A program made the position numbers and the translations under genes. From Rhynchopus sp. YZ270_cl-10 (lineage: Eukaryota): a DNA stretch of 64,000 nt. The stretch is taken from positions 1,612,001 through 1,676,000 of the forward strand of contig OZ037843.1 of assembly GCA_964035575.1 (NCBI GenBank), given 5' to 3'. Shown in pieces: positions 12,590-24,257 of this stretch. Each line of letters opens with the position of its first letter. Positions within the stretch are counted from its first letter, which is position 1. The notes below the pieces were generated by a model. The model saw only the letters and a program-made list of their open reading frames with translations, made no database searches and had not been told where the DNA came from.

Positions 12590-15097
12590 ATGCCGTCTCC
12601 TGTGTTCTTCGCGTACTTCCGCCGTGCGCTGCTCGCGTTCGTCTTTGTTGCGATCGGGATGGCTCTGTACCTTGGAGGTGAGACCGACGCTGCTTGTCAG
12701 ACTGTGCACCTGATGGCGATAGCGACGACTGCGTACCTGATGGGTGAGCGTGCGGCAGGGACGAGCGGCGATCACTCGTCTCTCACAGACTTCCTTGTGT
12801 GGTCCGTGTATCTGTGTGTGCTGTGCTTTGTGCTTGTCACGTCCACAGTTCTGACGGTCGACAAGCCGTACATGGGGCTGTGCTACCTGACTGGCTACGC
12901 GTGTGCAGTGTTCTACGCAGGCGGGAAGGTTGCTCTTGTGACGCTGTTGGTGGAGCGCCTCCGCATTCTGCGTGATGCCTCGCGTGACGCACCGCTCTCG
13001 AGGTGGAAGGACCGGCATTGGCTTGCTATGATGGGTTTGATGGTGCCGTATCTGGTATCGGGGTCGATACTGCTGTCGCAGGTGAATGTGTACCTGACGC
13101 CAACGCGTACGTGCTTTCTCTTGCTCTCGTTGCTGGCGACGTACCCTGTCCTGTCGTACAACACCTTCTTCACGATCATTGTGTCTGGCTGCTTCTTCTG
13201 GGAGACGTGGAAGCTGAAGAGCAAAGGCGGCTTATCAACACTGCGTGTGAGTCTGAGAGGTGTGAGTCCAACGGGTGCTGTGCTCTCGTGTCTCATCTAC
13301 CTCACGTGCAGCACGATGAACGTAGGTTCCTTTCTGTTCAACTCTAGACAGCACTACCGCACCTGTCTGACGCTGTGTGTGGTGGATTTGTGGGTGGGCA
13401 TGTTCGTGACAGACTACATGTCAGGGCTGGTGGCAGACATGGAGAAGGTGCGCACAGACGCGGAGGAGGCAATGGACGCAATCGCCGTGATGGAGCTGGA
13501 CAGACTGGAGCATCTGGAGCGTGAGCCAACGTCGCGTGTGCAGGCGTCGCTTGCGCGCATCATCGGCCTGCTGCGGGACATCAAGCAGTTCATTCCAAGC
13601 ACGTACCTTGCGTCGCTCAAGGCAGACAGCGAGGATGTGATTGAGGACGACGCCTACAACGTCACACTGACACGCACGGATGCACCTGGGGCAGTGTCTG
13701 GCCGTGCTGCCATTGTCTTCACAGACATTGTGTCGTCGACACAGCTGTGGGAGGCCTGTCCTGAGGGCATGGCGAAGGGCATGCGTCTGCACAACAAGAC
13801 CGTCCGCGACTGCATTGCTGAGATGAACGGGTACGAGGTGAAGACGATTGGGGATGCCTTCATGGTGTCCTTCGACACGTCGCACGAGGCAGTCAGCTTT
13901 GGTGTGCTTGTGCAGGAGCGGATGTACGGGCTCACGTGGCCACAGGAGTTGGTGGACTTCAGCCTTGCACCGAAAGAAGAGAAGGAGAGCAAGGTCGGCA
14001 TGCAGCTGCGCATCGGTGTGAATGCAGGCGACACGCGTGTGGAGTTCAACGGCATCACAGGACGTGCAGACTACTTCGGCCCCACGGTGAACGTTGCAGC
14101 ACGCATTGAGTCACGTTGTGTTGCTGGGTCGGTGGCAGCACCACAGGCGGTCTACGACGAGTGGAAGACGGCGTGTGGCGACAGCGGGCTCAGCGTTGCG
14201 ATGGGTGACATTGAGCTGAAGGGTGTGGGCCAGAAGGTGTCTTTGGTGTGTGTGATTCCCTCTTCGATGCCGTGGCGTGAGAAGGCTGTCAAGGCACTAC
14301 TGCGGAGACCAAGCCTTACTGGGAAACTTGATCCAAAACGTTCGATGTGTTCCACAAGGTCTTCAGCGCACACAGCTACAAGGGTGCACGAGCGCAAGCA
14401 AGACTTCGAAGGCAAACTCGCAACAGTGGCACGCATTGAGCTGCGCTTCACCGAAACCTCAGGAGACCCCATCGGGAGCTTGAACGAGAAGCTTGGGAAG
14501 GTGATCGGCTCGCTGGAACGGACAGAAGGCTCCATCACAGCCCTCTTCGGGTCGCACGTGATTGCGGGTTGGAACACATCACGTCGGAACATGAACCACG
14601 TGCAAAGCTCCTTCGTGTTCTGCCAGATGCTGCACAAGTCGACAATGTGGGCCTACTCAGACGGCCCTGTGTTTGTCGGGCTGTGCACGGGCACAGTGTA
14701 CGCAGCGACACTGGGTGCAGCAGGACAGCGCTTCATGACAAGCATTGGCGCGTGCCTGGGGATGGCAGGACACGTGCTGCACCGGAGCATCAACCACAGG
14801 GTGTTTGCGCTGTACTGCACACTTCTCGACACACCTGTGACATATTCGGCTTCGACACGTCCTGTGCTGAGGTGGGATGTGAAGCGTATTCGTGGGACAG
14901 CGACTGCTGATGTGCACGAGGTGTGCCTTGAGACCAATGACTTTGAGGAGGAGCTGGAGTGGGGCTGGACACAGGATTACTGGACTGCTTTTGCTGAGGG
15001 AAATGAGAAGGAGATTCGTGAGAAGTGCGAAAGCAACACGTGTTTGATGGACATGCTTAACACTGTGTGCGACACGTCTGTGTTCCTTTATTGCTGA
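12590..15097 (+). CDS. GPCR-like multi-TM receptor adenylate cyclase, paralog 2 (835 aa)
   Basis: Same architecture and catalytic motifs (FTDIVSST, VKTIGDAFM, DYFGPTVNVAAR) as paralog 1. Confidence 0.92.
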   Translation: MPSPVFFAYFRRALLAFVFVAIGMALYLGGETDAACQTVHLMAIATTAYLMGERAAGTSGDHSSLTDFLVWSVYLCVLCFVLVTSTVLTVDKPYMGLCYLTGYACAVFYAGGKVALVTLLVERLRILRDASRDAPLSRWKDRHWLAMMGLMVPYLVSGSILLSQVNVYLTPTRTCFLLLSLLATYPVLSYNTFFTIIVSGCFFWETWKLKSKGGLSTLRVSLRGVSPTGAVLSCLIYLTCSTMNVGSFLFNSRQHYRTCLTLCVVDLWVGMFVTDYMSGLVADMEKVRTDAEEAMDAIAVMELDRLEHLEREPTSRVQASLARIIGLLRDIKQFIPSTYLASLKADSEDVIEDDAYNVTLTRTDAPGAVSGRAAIVFTDIVSSTQLWEACPEGMAKGMRLHNKTVRDCIAEMNGYEVKTIGDAFMVSFDTSHEAVSFGVLVQERMYGLTWPQELVDFSLAPKEEKESKVGMQLRIGVNAGDTRVEFNGITGRADYFGPTVNVAARIESRCVAGSVAAPQAVYDEWKTACGDSGLSVAMGDIELKGVGQKVSLVCVIPSSMPWREKAVKALLRRPSLTGKLDPKRSMCSTRSSAHTATRVHERKQDFEGKLATVARIELRFTETSGDPIGSLNEKLGKVIGSLERTEGSITALFGSHVIAGWNTSRRNMNHVQSSFVFCQMLHKSTMWAYSDGPVFVGLCTGTVYAATLGAAGQRFMTSIGACLGMAGHVLHRSINHRVFALYCTLLDTPVTYSASTRPVLRWDVKRIRGTATADVHEVCLETNDFEEELEWGWTQDYWTAFAEGNEKEIREKCESNTCLMDMLNTVCDTSVFLYC

Positions 15098-15600
15098 AGG
15101 CTCTATTCACCGCCGTGCATTCTGTTGGCAGGCGAGAACCGAAGCGCGTCAGTGGGGTTGCCTTCAATGATGCACAGTTTCAGTGAACATTACTGATGTG
15201 TATCATCATCAGACCTTTTCGCGTTCTTGTTTCGGTGACGTATTTCTGGAGTGACATTATTGCGCATTTTTATCAAGACAAGTACTTTGTGGTGGGAAAT
15301 GATTCAAGTATTCGAGACTTGTTGTTTATTCCTTTCCCCCTTTATTGTGCACTTACCTCATTTCTGTACTTCAGTCAACGGGATTTTTTCCCCTTTTGAC
15401 ATCCATTTCTGGACGTTGTGGGGGTAGAAGAAGAAATGTTTGTTGAAATTTTCTGGCTTTTTCTGAACTTTTCCCAGCTACTTTTCTGGTCGAGTAGCTA
15501 TTTTCACTTTTCTGGTGTATGAGTAGGTTTTCTGGGTGGGAGACTGGATTCTGGGTACAGTGGTGTGTCTGGGCACCCAGGCACCCAGGTGCCCAGACCC

Positions 15601-16000
15601 AGGTACCCAGGTACACGGTACACTGGTGTACAAGGAAAAAAGTCGTGAAAGAGCAACCACAGCTCCACATGACAAACACAAAAGTGTCCAGTCACGTGGG
15701 TCATTCATGCACTGAGGAGATAATGATCCAACAATTTACAAGAAAGATTACTTAACCTACTGCTGGAAGTTGCCAGGTCGTAGTAACACACAAAGTGTGC
15801 CTCCGTTCGGGAATACCGGATATTCTAGAGACCAAAAAGGCCTCTTCCGCTAGTCAAGGTAGAACCGAATGAACGGCCCAAGACCCCCCCGTGGAGAAGT
15901 TAAATGTTGTAATGCTATCAAGTAAACTGCGACCACTGTCTTACCCTCCTCAATGCATGGTGGAAGATGTCTTTGACAACAAATATCCTGTACCCAGGTA
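15601..16000. repeat. ~400-bp segment also found inside the Mutator-like element at 50721-51120
   Basis: Near-identical run aggtacccaggtacacggtacactggtg...aaatatcctgtacccaggta at both loci, in the same orientation. Confidence 0.9.
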
Positions 16001-16933
16001 CACAGGTACACAGATAAAACCCGTTAAAATTGTGTGTAAAAGTTCCTCAAAGCCAGAAATTTTCAACAAAGCCCTGTTTTCACCTCCCAAAAAGTCGTTT
16101 TCTCTTGATTCGTGATTTCTGAGTGTGCACTCAGAAAACACTCATCAAGAAAACGACTTTTCTGGTCGGTAAAAAATAGCTATTGTTACATTTTCCCAGC
16201 GTTTTCTTCACAGTAAAATCCTTCTTTTCGTTATGTGTAGACTGTTTTCTGTTACGTGTAGAATTTGGTGCCTGGTGCCCAGAATACTTGGGTACCAAAA
16301 AGTGATATGATAAGTACTACACTGTGTACAGTGTACAGTGTACAGTCTATAAAACTATATAACAGTGTATTTCTGTGATTCAAACACTGGAGAAAAATGT
16401 GACAAAGCACTGTTTTCCCCTCGAGAACAGCCGTTTTCCTTCACTCGTGTTTCCTTTGCGTGCAGAGAAAACACTCGTGAAGGAAAACGAATTTTCTCTC
16501 GAGAAATAATAGCTATTCTCAAGATGTCTAAAAGAAACAAAAAAACGAAGCTTAACCCATAAAAAACGTGCGTATTCCGTGGGTAGCGTACCAAGAAAGC
16601 AAGATGAAAGGGGTTTAAATTGTTGGACAGCACAACCAAATTTTGTGGGGAAAATAGAACCCCTCCAATAGCAATTGTCTGCCATTATCTTAATAGTCCA
16701 AGGTTCCACTACGACATGCGAGCTGAAGGGTCATGTTTAAAGCCTTTCTTCGATCTGCCTTTGTGTCAACTAGGACATTCGAGCATTCTTTCCAGAACGC
16801 TCTTTTTGCACACAACTCAACAAAGAACGCAATGATATTATTGATAGCCACAAAAGAAACAACAAATTTGTCAAAATAATGATAAAAGGAATAACGATAC
16901 CGTAATCGTAAGAATTCTGGGACGTAAAAATGT

Positions 16934-17033
16934 CATACATTGAAATCCCGGGGAGTCACGGGGAGTTTGGCAAAAAATCAAAAAAAACGAACTCCCCGTG
17001 AGTGTTTTTTTGGTTTCGAGAGTTTTCGAGAGT

Positions 17034-17070
<37 letters not shown>

Positions 17071-18148
17071 GGTTTTCTTCCTTGCTTTCGTATTTTTTGT
17101 TTTCTGTATCTATGTGGATCCCCCCCAGTGAACCGTTTGGGACCCCGCTCTGCCGTGGCAGTCGTTTTTTTTTTTTTTTTACGGAGAGTTTTCGCGATTA
17201 ATCGCGACAAAATTCGCGATTAATCCCCGGGAGTAAAATCGCGATTTTTTGTAGCATTTTACCCCAAACACAACCGTGCACACCTGGTGCTATCCGCATC
17301 TGACCTGCGCCTACCTGGGCACACGTTCAGTCTACGTACTCACATTACACCTACCGATTGATTCGCAAAATGCACCCACCACGACAGAGGGGTGATAAGC
17401 CTCGCGGCTTTAGGCGGCACAGTGGTGGCGGACATGAGCAAACGAGCCCACAGGTCGATCACAAATGCGACGGGTTAATTCCGCGCTTGGAAATTATCCA
17501 CACCTGTTTAAGATATAATTACGCTTAAATTACTCTGGGCGAAAAATGGTACACCATACCAGCACTGAAGCATACCACCACATGTAAGCAGGGCTATTTT
17601 AAATATGGGGATAAGGAACAAGAAAAGGGTGAAAACGGGTCGAGGCTTCCCGCCGCAGGCGGAAATTTTTAGATGCCGTGCACTTTTCCAGGTGGTTTGA
17701 AGAGTGATCTGACCATATTGTCCCAGTATAGCAGTACACCCAATAAATCCATTGGAGAAGGAACATTGCACTTTTGACCACCACAGAATACATGTTGCCA
17801 GCCACACCACTAAAGTACAAAAACCCCCTCGGAACGTAGTGAGAGCTTGTGAAAAAATCTCTCCCCGTTCATAGATGGCCCAGTTTTCGAGATTTTTTCA
17901 TAAATTCGCGATTAATCGCAAATTTTTATTTTATAAATTGGAGAGTTTTCGAGAGTATTTTTTTTAAATCGGGGAGTATTGGAGAGTTTTGGAGAGTTTT
18001 GGAGAGTTTTTTTTTAAATTGGAGAGTTTTCGAGAGTTTTTCACAAATTCGCGATTAATCGCGAATTTTTTTTCTTTTTTTTTAATCGCTAAAACTCTCG
18101 AAAACACCAGTGGAGAGTCTCCGCGACTCCCGGGGATTTCAATGTATG
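16934..18148. mobile_element. Nested non-autonomous TIR element with CAT..ATG termini and a 6-bp TSD
   Basis: catacattgaaatcccggggagtc / gactcccggggatttcaatgtatg, flanked by AAATGT on both sides. Removing it restores the host MITE motif aaaaatgtcccaag. Confidence 0.8.
17037..17165 (-). mobile_element. Very short 5'-truncated copy of the non-LTR retroposon 3' end with poly(A)
   Basis: A poly(T) run followed by ~97 bp identical to the segment starting at ~36075. Confidence 0.8.
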
Positions 18149-20090
18149 AAATGTCCCAAGTTTCAGATTTTCCCCCAATTGTCCCAGTTTTGTTACGTCC
18201 CAGAATTGTTCGGGCGGCTTTCCGGGTACTTGCCAATTTTTTGGGGGTGTGGGTGGTGGGGTGCGGCTGGTTGGCGGAGGGATAATAACCGGCCCAAGTA
18301 TGTATATTTTTTTTGTTTGTTGGACATGTTTGGGTTTGCACCTAAGTGCATGGGTGAGGGAGGGGGGAAGGTCACACAGACAATTCTGGGGCGTAAATAT
18401 TCTGGGACGTAAAAATGTCCCAAGTTTAAAAAAGCCCAAAATGTCCCAGTTTTGTTACGCCCCAGAATATTTACGTCCCAAAAATTTTACGCCCCAGCAT
18501 TCTTACGATTACGGTATGTTTTTTTTTTTTTTGCTTTCTCTGTATTCCGTTGTCACATCTCCCCATTTCCCTAGCTGCTTCGGAAATATATTTTCCAACC
18601 CCTGCTCAGATCACATCGAGATTTCAAACTTCCGCAATTTACAAACTTTCCCCCCCCCCCCGGTATCACTTGTGATACAGTTTTCATGGATAGACATGAA
18701 AAGGGGCAGCACACAGGTGGTTCCGTGCTGGTCTTTCCACAGAACCGACACGTGGGGCGTGTCTCCCAAAAATGAAACCGCACCCTACTTTTCCCTTTTA
18801 TGTTTTCCCCCCACCCCCACAAACAATAAAGCAATAAAGACAATAAAGACAAAAGGGAGAGGTTGTGGTGAAACGCACACACCTCGACCTGTCGGTGAAA
18901 TGTGGCTCTACTCCAACCCGCCCCGGATTAGAAAAATGGAAAAAGGATGGGAGTAGGGTACGGTGTTCAATTTCCTTTTAGCATTGCATGTAATCATACA
19001 ACAAAAAAGTAAATGAATAAAAAGGGTTGAAAGCAAAAAGGAAGAACAAAACAATGTGGTTTACAAAGGGGACTATAAAATTTTTACTTTGCTGAGATCT
19101 GTACGAGGCTGTTTTGTGGTTTTTTGTTTGTTTGGTTTTCACCTGACACAGACCAGGCGCAGTGCACTTTGTTGCCGTCTCTGACTCCATGAATGAGCAG
19201 GGTTCCTAAGCTCCAGGTGCCACTGCCCTTCTTTACTTCTGTTAGCTGCCGCGACTCACCCGTCGTCTCGTCTTTTTAGTAAAAACCCCGTGTGATTGTT
19301 TTATACTTTTTCCCCTTTTAATTTGTTTTTCGTGTCACGTATATTACGAAAGTTTGTAGTTTTCACAAAAAGCCGTGCGGCCACACAGTGGAGGGTTCTT
19401 TTCATAAAGCATACACGAGCGTAACAACACCGTAGGGGGCGGAATGCAACTCCACGTAGTGTGTCTCCTGTGCGCCCGTTGGCGAGGATGGATATCCATG
19501 AAACGCCTATTGAGGATAGGAGGTGGAGTGGGGGTGGGCGGACCCCCTGTGGGACTCAGCAAACCTCAGCCAAGAGCAGAACCGTCTGCAGGAATTTCTT
19601 CCGCATCTGCCGCACGCAATGACACCACGCGAGACACTGCCCCCTATTTGCCGTACGTTAAGGAAAGGCAGCTTCCTCTTTGCCAACTCCATTTTCTTGG
19701 ACCTGTTCCAGGACCGTGCATGCTCCGTTCCCTAAAAGGAATGGTAAAACCGTTTTCAAACAGCTCTCTGTGCAGTGAAGAGTTCCTACTTCACTCGTGT
19801 TGCATTACAAGGTACGAAGGCTTCCTGCTCGCACAGCCCTTTACAGGGTGACGTTTGCAGTCTGAAGTCAGCCTCTCATGTGAAAATCTATGCAAACAAT
19901 TGACGAAAATAAATAAAACAAAAAGCTTGCGTTTCGTTTATCGAACAGATTTTATTCTCCGCCCCGTACCCAAAACGTAAACACCACTTTCAATCAGAAT
20001 AAATATTTTCCTCTCCTTTTGTCTTCCACACACGCTGGTTGTTGTGTTCGCTAATTTTTATCGCAACGCTTTCCCCTAGTTTTGTCAACA

Positions 20091-22598
20091 ATGCCGTCTC
20101 CTGTGTTCTTCGCGTACTTCCGCCGTGCGCTGCTGACGTCCGTCTTTGTTGCGATCGGGATGGCTCTGTACCTTGGAGGTGAGACTGACACTGCTGTGCA
20201 GACTGTGCACCTGATGGCGATAGCGACGACTGCGTACCTTATGGGTGAGCGTGCGGCAGGGACGAGCGGCGATCACTCCTCGTATATGGGGATGTTGGTG
20301 TGGGTGGTGTACCTGTGTGTGTTTCTCTTCGTCTGCATCTCCTCGACTGTGCTGACGATAGACAAGCCGTACATGGGGATCTGCAGTCTAGTCATCAACG
20401 CGTGTGCAGTGTTCTACGTAGGAGGGAAGTTTGCTTTTGTGATGCTGTTGGCGGAGCGCCTCCGCATTCTGCGTGATGCCTCGCGTGACGCACCACTCTC
20501 GAGGTGGAAGGACCGGCATTGGAAGATGATGATGGGCTTCATGGTGCCGTACCTCGCAGTGGGTCTCATCCTCATCACGCATGCGGGTGCCCGCATCAGC
20601 CCGACGTACACGTGCTTTCTTCAGATCAAGCCCCTCGCGAGCATCTCGGTGGTCTCGTACAATGCCTCCTTCTCGTTCGTCATAGCAGGCTGCTTCTTCT
20701 GGGAGACAGTGAAGCTGCAGAAGCTGCAGCACAAGTCGTTGCGTGTGAGTCTGAGAGGTGTGAGTCCAGCTGGTGCCGTCATCACATGTCTTCTCTTCGC
20801 ACTGTTCAGCACAATGAGCATAGGTTCCTTCGCATTCCAGGAGCACCAGCACTACCGCACCTGTATGACATTCTGTGTGCTGGACAAGTGGTTCGGCATG
20901 TTCGTGACAGACTACATGTCAGGGCTGGTGGCAGACATGGAGAAGGTGCGCACAGACGCGGAGGAGGCAATGGACGCAATCGCCGTGATGGAGCTGGACA
21001 GACTGGAGCATCTGGAGCGTGAGCCAACGTCGCGTGTGCAGGCGTCGCTTGCGCGCATCATCGGCCTGCTGCGGGACATTAAGCAGTTCATCCCAAGCAC
21101 GTACCTTGCGTCGCTCAAGGCTGACAGTGAGGATGTGATTGAGGACGACGCCTACAACGTCACACTGACACGCACAGATGCACCTGGGACAGTGTCTGGC
21201 CGTGCTGCCATTGTCTTCACAGACATTGTGTCGTCGACACAGCTGTGGGAGGCCTGTCCTGAGGGCATGGCGAAGGGCATGCGTCTGCACAACAAGACCG
21301 TCCGCGACTGCATTGCTGAGATGAACGGGTACGAGGTGAAGACGATTGGGGATGCCTTCATGGTGTCCTTCGACACGTCGCACGAGGCAGTCAGCTTTGG
21401 TGTGCTTGTGCAGGAGCGGATGTACGGGCTCACGTGGCCGCAGGAGTTGGTGGACTTCAGCCTTGCACCGAAAGAAGAGAAGGAGAGCAAGGTCGGCATG
21501 CAGCTGCGCATCGGTGTGAATGCAGGCGACACGCGTGTGGAGTTCAACGGCATCACAGGACGTGCAGACTACTTCGGCCCCACGGTGAACGTTGCAGCAC
21601 GCATTGAGTCACGTTGTGTTGCTGGGTCGGTGGCAGCACCACAGGCGGTCTACGACGAGTGGAAGACGGCGTGTGGCGACAGCGGGCTCAGCGTTGCGAT
21701 GGGTGACATTGAGCTGAAGGGTGTGGGCCAGAAGGTGTCTTTGGTGTGTGTGATTCCCTCTTCGATGCCGTGGCGTGAGAAGGCTGTCAAGGCACTACTG
21801 CGGAGACCAAGTCTTACTGGGAAACTTGATCCAAAACGTTCGATGTGTTCCACAACGAAGTCCTCAGCGCACACACCGACAAGGGTGCACGACCGCACGC
21901 AAGACTTCGAAGGCAAACTCGCAACAGTGGCACGCATTGAGCTGCGCTTCACCGAAACCTCAGGAGACCCCATCGGGAGCTTGAACGAGAAGCTTGGGAA
22001 GGTGATCGGCTCGCTGGAACGGACAGAAGGCTCCGTCACAGCCCTCTTCGGGTCGCACGTGATTGCGGGTTGGAACACATCACGTCGGAACATGAACCAC
22101 GTGCAAAGCTCCTTCGTGTTCTGCCAGATGCTGCACAAGTCGACAATGTGGGCCTACTCAGACGGTCCTGTGTTTGTCGGGCTGTGCACGGGCACAGTGT
22201 ACGCAGCGACACTGGGTGCAGCAGGACAGCGCTTCATGACAAGCATTGGCGCGTGCCTGGGGATGGCAGGACACGTGCTGCACCGGAGCATCAACCACAG
22301 GGTGTTTGCGCTGTACTGCACACTTCTCGACACACCTGTGACATATTCGACTTCGACACGTCCTGTGCTGAGGTGGGATGTGAAGCGTCTTCGTGGGACA
22401 GCGACTGTTGATGTGCACGAGGTGTGCCTTGAGACCAATGACTTTGAGGATGAGCTGGAGTGGGGCTGGACACAGGATTACTGGACTGCTTTTGCTGAGG
22501 GGAATGAGAAGGAGATTCGTGAGAAGTGCGAATGCAACACGTGTTTGATGGACATGCTTAACACTGTGTGCGACACGTCTGTGTTCCTTTATTGCTGA
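20091..22598 (+). CDS. GPCR-like multi-TM receptor adenylate cyclase, paralog 3 (835 aa)
   Basis: Same architecture and catalytic motifs. A ttcccctAG acceptor-like site lies just upstream of the ATG. Confidence 0.92.
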   Translation: MPSPVFFAYFRRALLTSVFVAIGMALYLGGETDTAVQTVHLMAIATTAYLMGERAAGTSGDHSSYMGMLVWVVYLCVFLFVCISSTVLTIDKPYMGICSLVINACAVFYVGGKFAFVMLLAERLRILRDASRDAPLSRWKDRHWKMMMGFMVPYLAVGLILITHAGARISPTYTCFLQIKPLASISVVSYNASFSFVIAGCFFWETVKLQKLQHKSLRVSLRGVSPAGAVITCLLFALFSTMSIGSFAFQEHQHYRTCMTFCVLDKWFGMFVTDYMSGLVADMEKVRTDAEEAMDAIAVMELDRLEHLEREPTSRVQASLARIIGLLRDIKQFIPSTYLASLKADSEDVIEDDAYNVTLTRTDAPGTVSGRAAIVFTDIVSSTQLWEACPEGMAKGMRLHNKTVRDCIAEMNGYEVKTIGDAFMVSFDTSHEAVSFGVLVQERMYGLTWPQELVDFSLAPKEEKESKVGMQLRIGVNAGDTRVEFNGITGRADYFGPTVNVAARIESRCVAGSVAAPQAVYDEWKTACGDSGLSVAMGDIELKGVGQKVSLVCVIPSSMPWREKAVKALLRRPSLTGKLDPKRSMCSTTKSSAHTPTRVHDRTQDFEGKLATVARIELRFTETSGDPIGSLNEKLGKVIGSLERTEGSVTALFGSHVIAGWNTSRRNMNHVQSSFVFCQMLHKSTMWAYSDGPVFVGLCTGTVYAATLGAAGQRFMTSIGACLGMAGHVLHRSINHRVFALYCTLLDTPVTYSTSTRPVLRWDVKRLRGTATVDVHEVCLETNDFEDELEWGWTQDYWTAFAEGNEKEIREKCECNTCLMDMLNTVCDTSVFLYC

Positions 22599-24257
22599 AG
22601 GCGCTTTTTTCCTTAACTAGATAAAACAATAAGCTCGCGTTTCTTTTATCGAACAGATTTTATTCTCCGCCCCGTACCCAAAACGTAAACACCACTTTGA
22701 ATCAGAAAAAATATTTTCCTCTCCTTTTTTCTTCCACACGCGCTGGTTTTTGTATTTCGCTAATTTTTATCAAAAAGCTTTGTTTCGAGTGCGAAACGTT
22801 TCTCCATGTATTGCACGGGAAACAATATGACAAACAGGTGCAGGGTGGTTCCGTGCTTATCATAGAACCTGGCACCTTGTGTGTCTCCCAAAAACCAAAA
22901 AAGCGTTGTGTGTGTAGTTTTGAAGGAAGGAAAAATAAAATTCCTACCCCCACAAGAGGGCATGTGCCACCGCAAAAATGTGGTTTTTTGAGATTTTTTA
23001 TTGAGACGGGTTTTTACACAAAATATTATATGCAATTGATGAAATTTAGTTTTCATCCTGCTTTTCCAAGCGTGGATGATGAAAAGAATGCTACAACAGT
23101 CTTCCGACAAGTGCGTAGCGACACTTCCCTTGCGAGCTCAGAATCCAAGGTGTTCAAATTTGTGCCAACAGGTCAAGGCTTTGGTCTTTGAAGAGACCAA
23201 AGACTGTTTGATAATAGCAACGGGGCGTCAGTGGTTAAAACTCTTCACATCTCAGAGAGTCTTGCACTGACGATGTCCCCCTCTGATACTACCAATGTAT
23301 GCAGTTAGAACTGAAACATGATGACATCTTCAGATGTACTGAATTATTCTCAACTCCTTTATGTTTTACACAGACCCCTTTGACCCACCCCGTTCCCCCC
23401 AAACTCTGAAAACAACTTTTGTGACAGAAAAAATATTGCACGACTCATGCTTGCGGCACATGGTATACATGTGTTCGACAGAAGATTTTTAAAAAAGAGA
23501 GAAGACGACGCTGATGGACAACAACTCCGTCTTTCTGTTGAAAATAGTATCTTAAACATTTCAGAATATCTGCCCCCCTCCGAAGTGTTGTGTTGTATGT
23601 TGGAACCACTACGTCTTTTGAACCTTCAGTACAATGAGGCTTCGATCAAATTGTTATTACAGACCTTAGCTCACAACAAGGCGGGTACTTAGGCGAAAGT
23701 GTCGACAACAACAAATATTATTTTTTTCCCTGCCTCCCCTTCCCACCCGTTTCCCAAGGTACACTTTGTATTTCAAGCCAACTTTCGATTTTACACTCGA
23801 ACTACACTTTTTTAAGGTGACTAAGCACGAGAGGCTTGATCATCTTATAAACTTTTTTCTTTTTTAGTAAACACGTAGTATTTGACAAAATGCTCGAGAC
23901 CCTCGTGAAAAGTCGCGCGTCTGCGTATCCCGCTCCCCGCTTGTTTCCCCCTCTTTTCCCCCCTGTGCTCCACGACACTTTCTGTACTTCAGGCAAACAC
24001 AACCATATCGTAAATCAAGTCGAAGAAGAAAAAAAAAAAAAAAAGTCCACACCCACGAGGCGAGCGTTTTGGCAGGCGCTTGTAAGGACAGCCAAAAGAC
24101 TTGAATCTGAGTGCAGAAGTGGTGTGGAAGCGAACAACAAACAACTTTTACTTTTTTCCCCCCCGTTTATAGTCTTTTGAGCAACAAGCAAAGAGGAACG
24201 AGTCTCTCGAGCATTTTTTTGTCTCGATGCATGTGATGACTAAAGGGGGGGTGGGGG

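Larger units (their letters stand above)
16898..18516. mobile_element. TA-flanked MITE (TACCGTAATCGTAA family) carrying nested insertions
   Basis: TIRs taccgtaatcgtaaga / tcttacgattacggta, the same family as 63-169. Confidence 0.8.

Noticed and set aside
23447..23692. Short ORF or pseudogene fragment downstream of paralog 3
   Set aside because: It has a non-ATG start, is only 81 aa long and has no recognisable domain.
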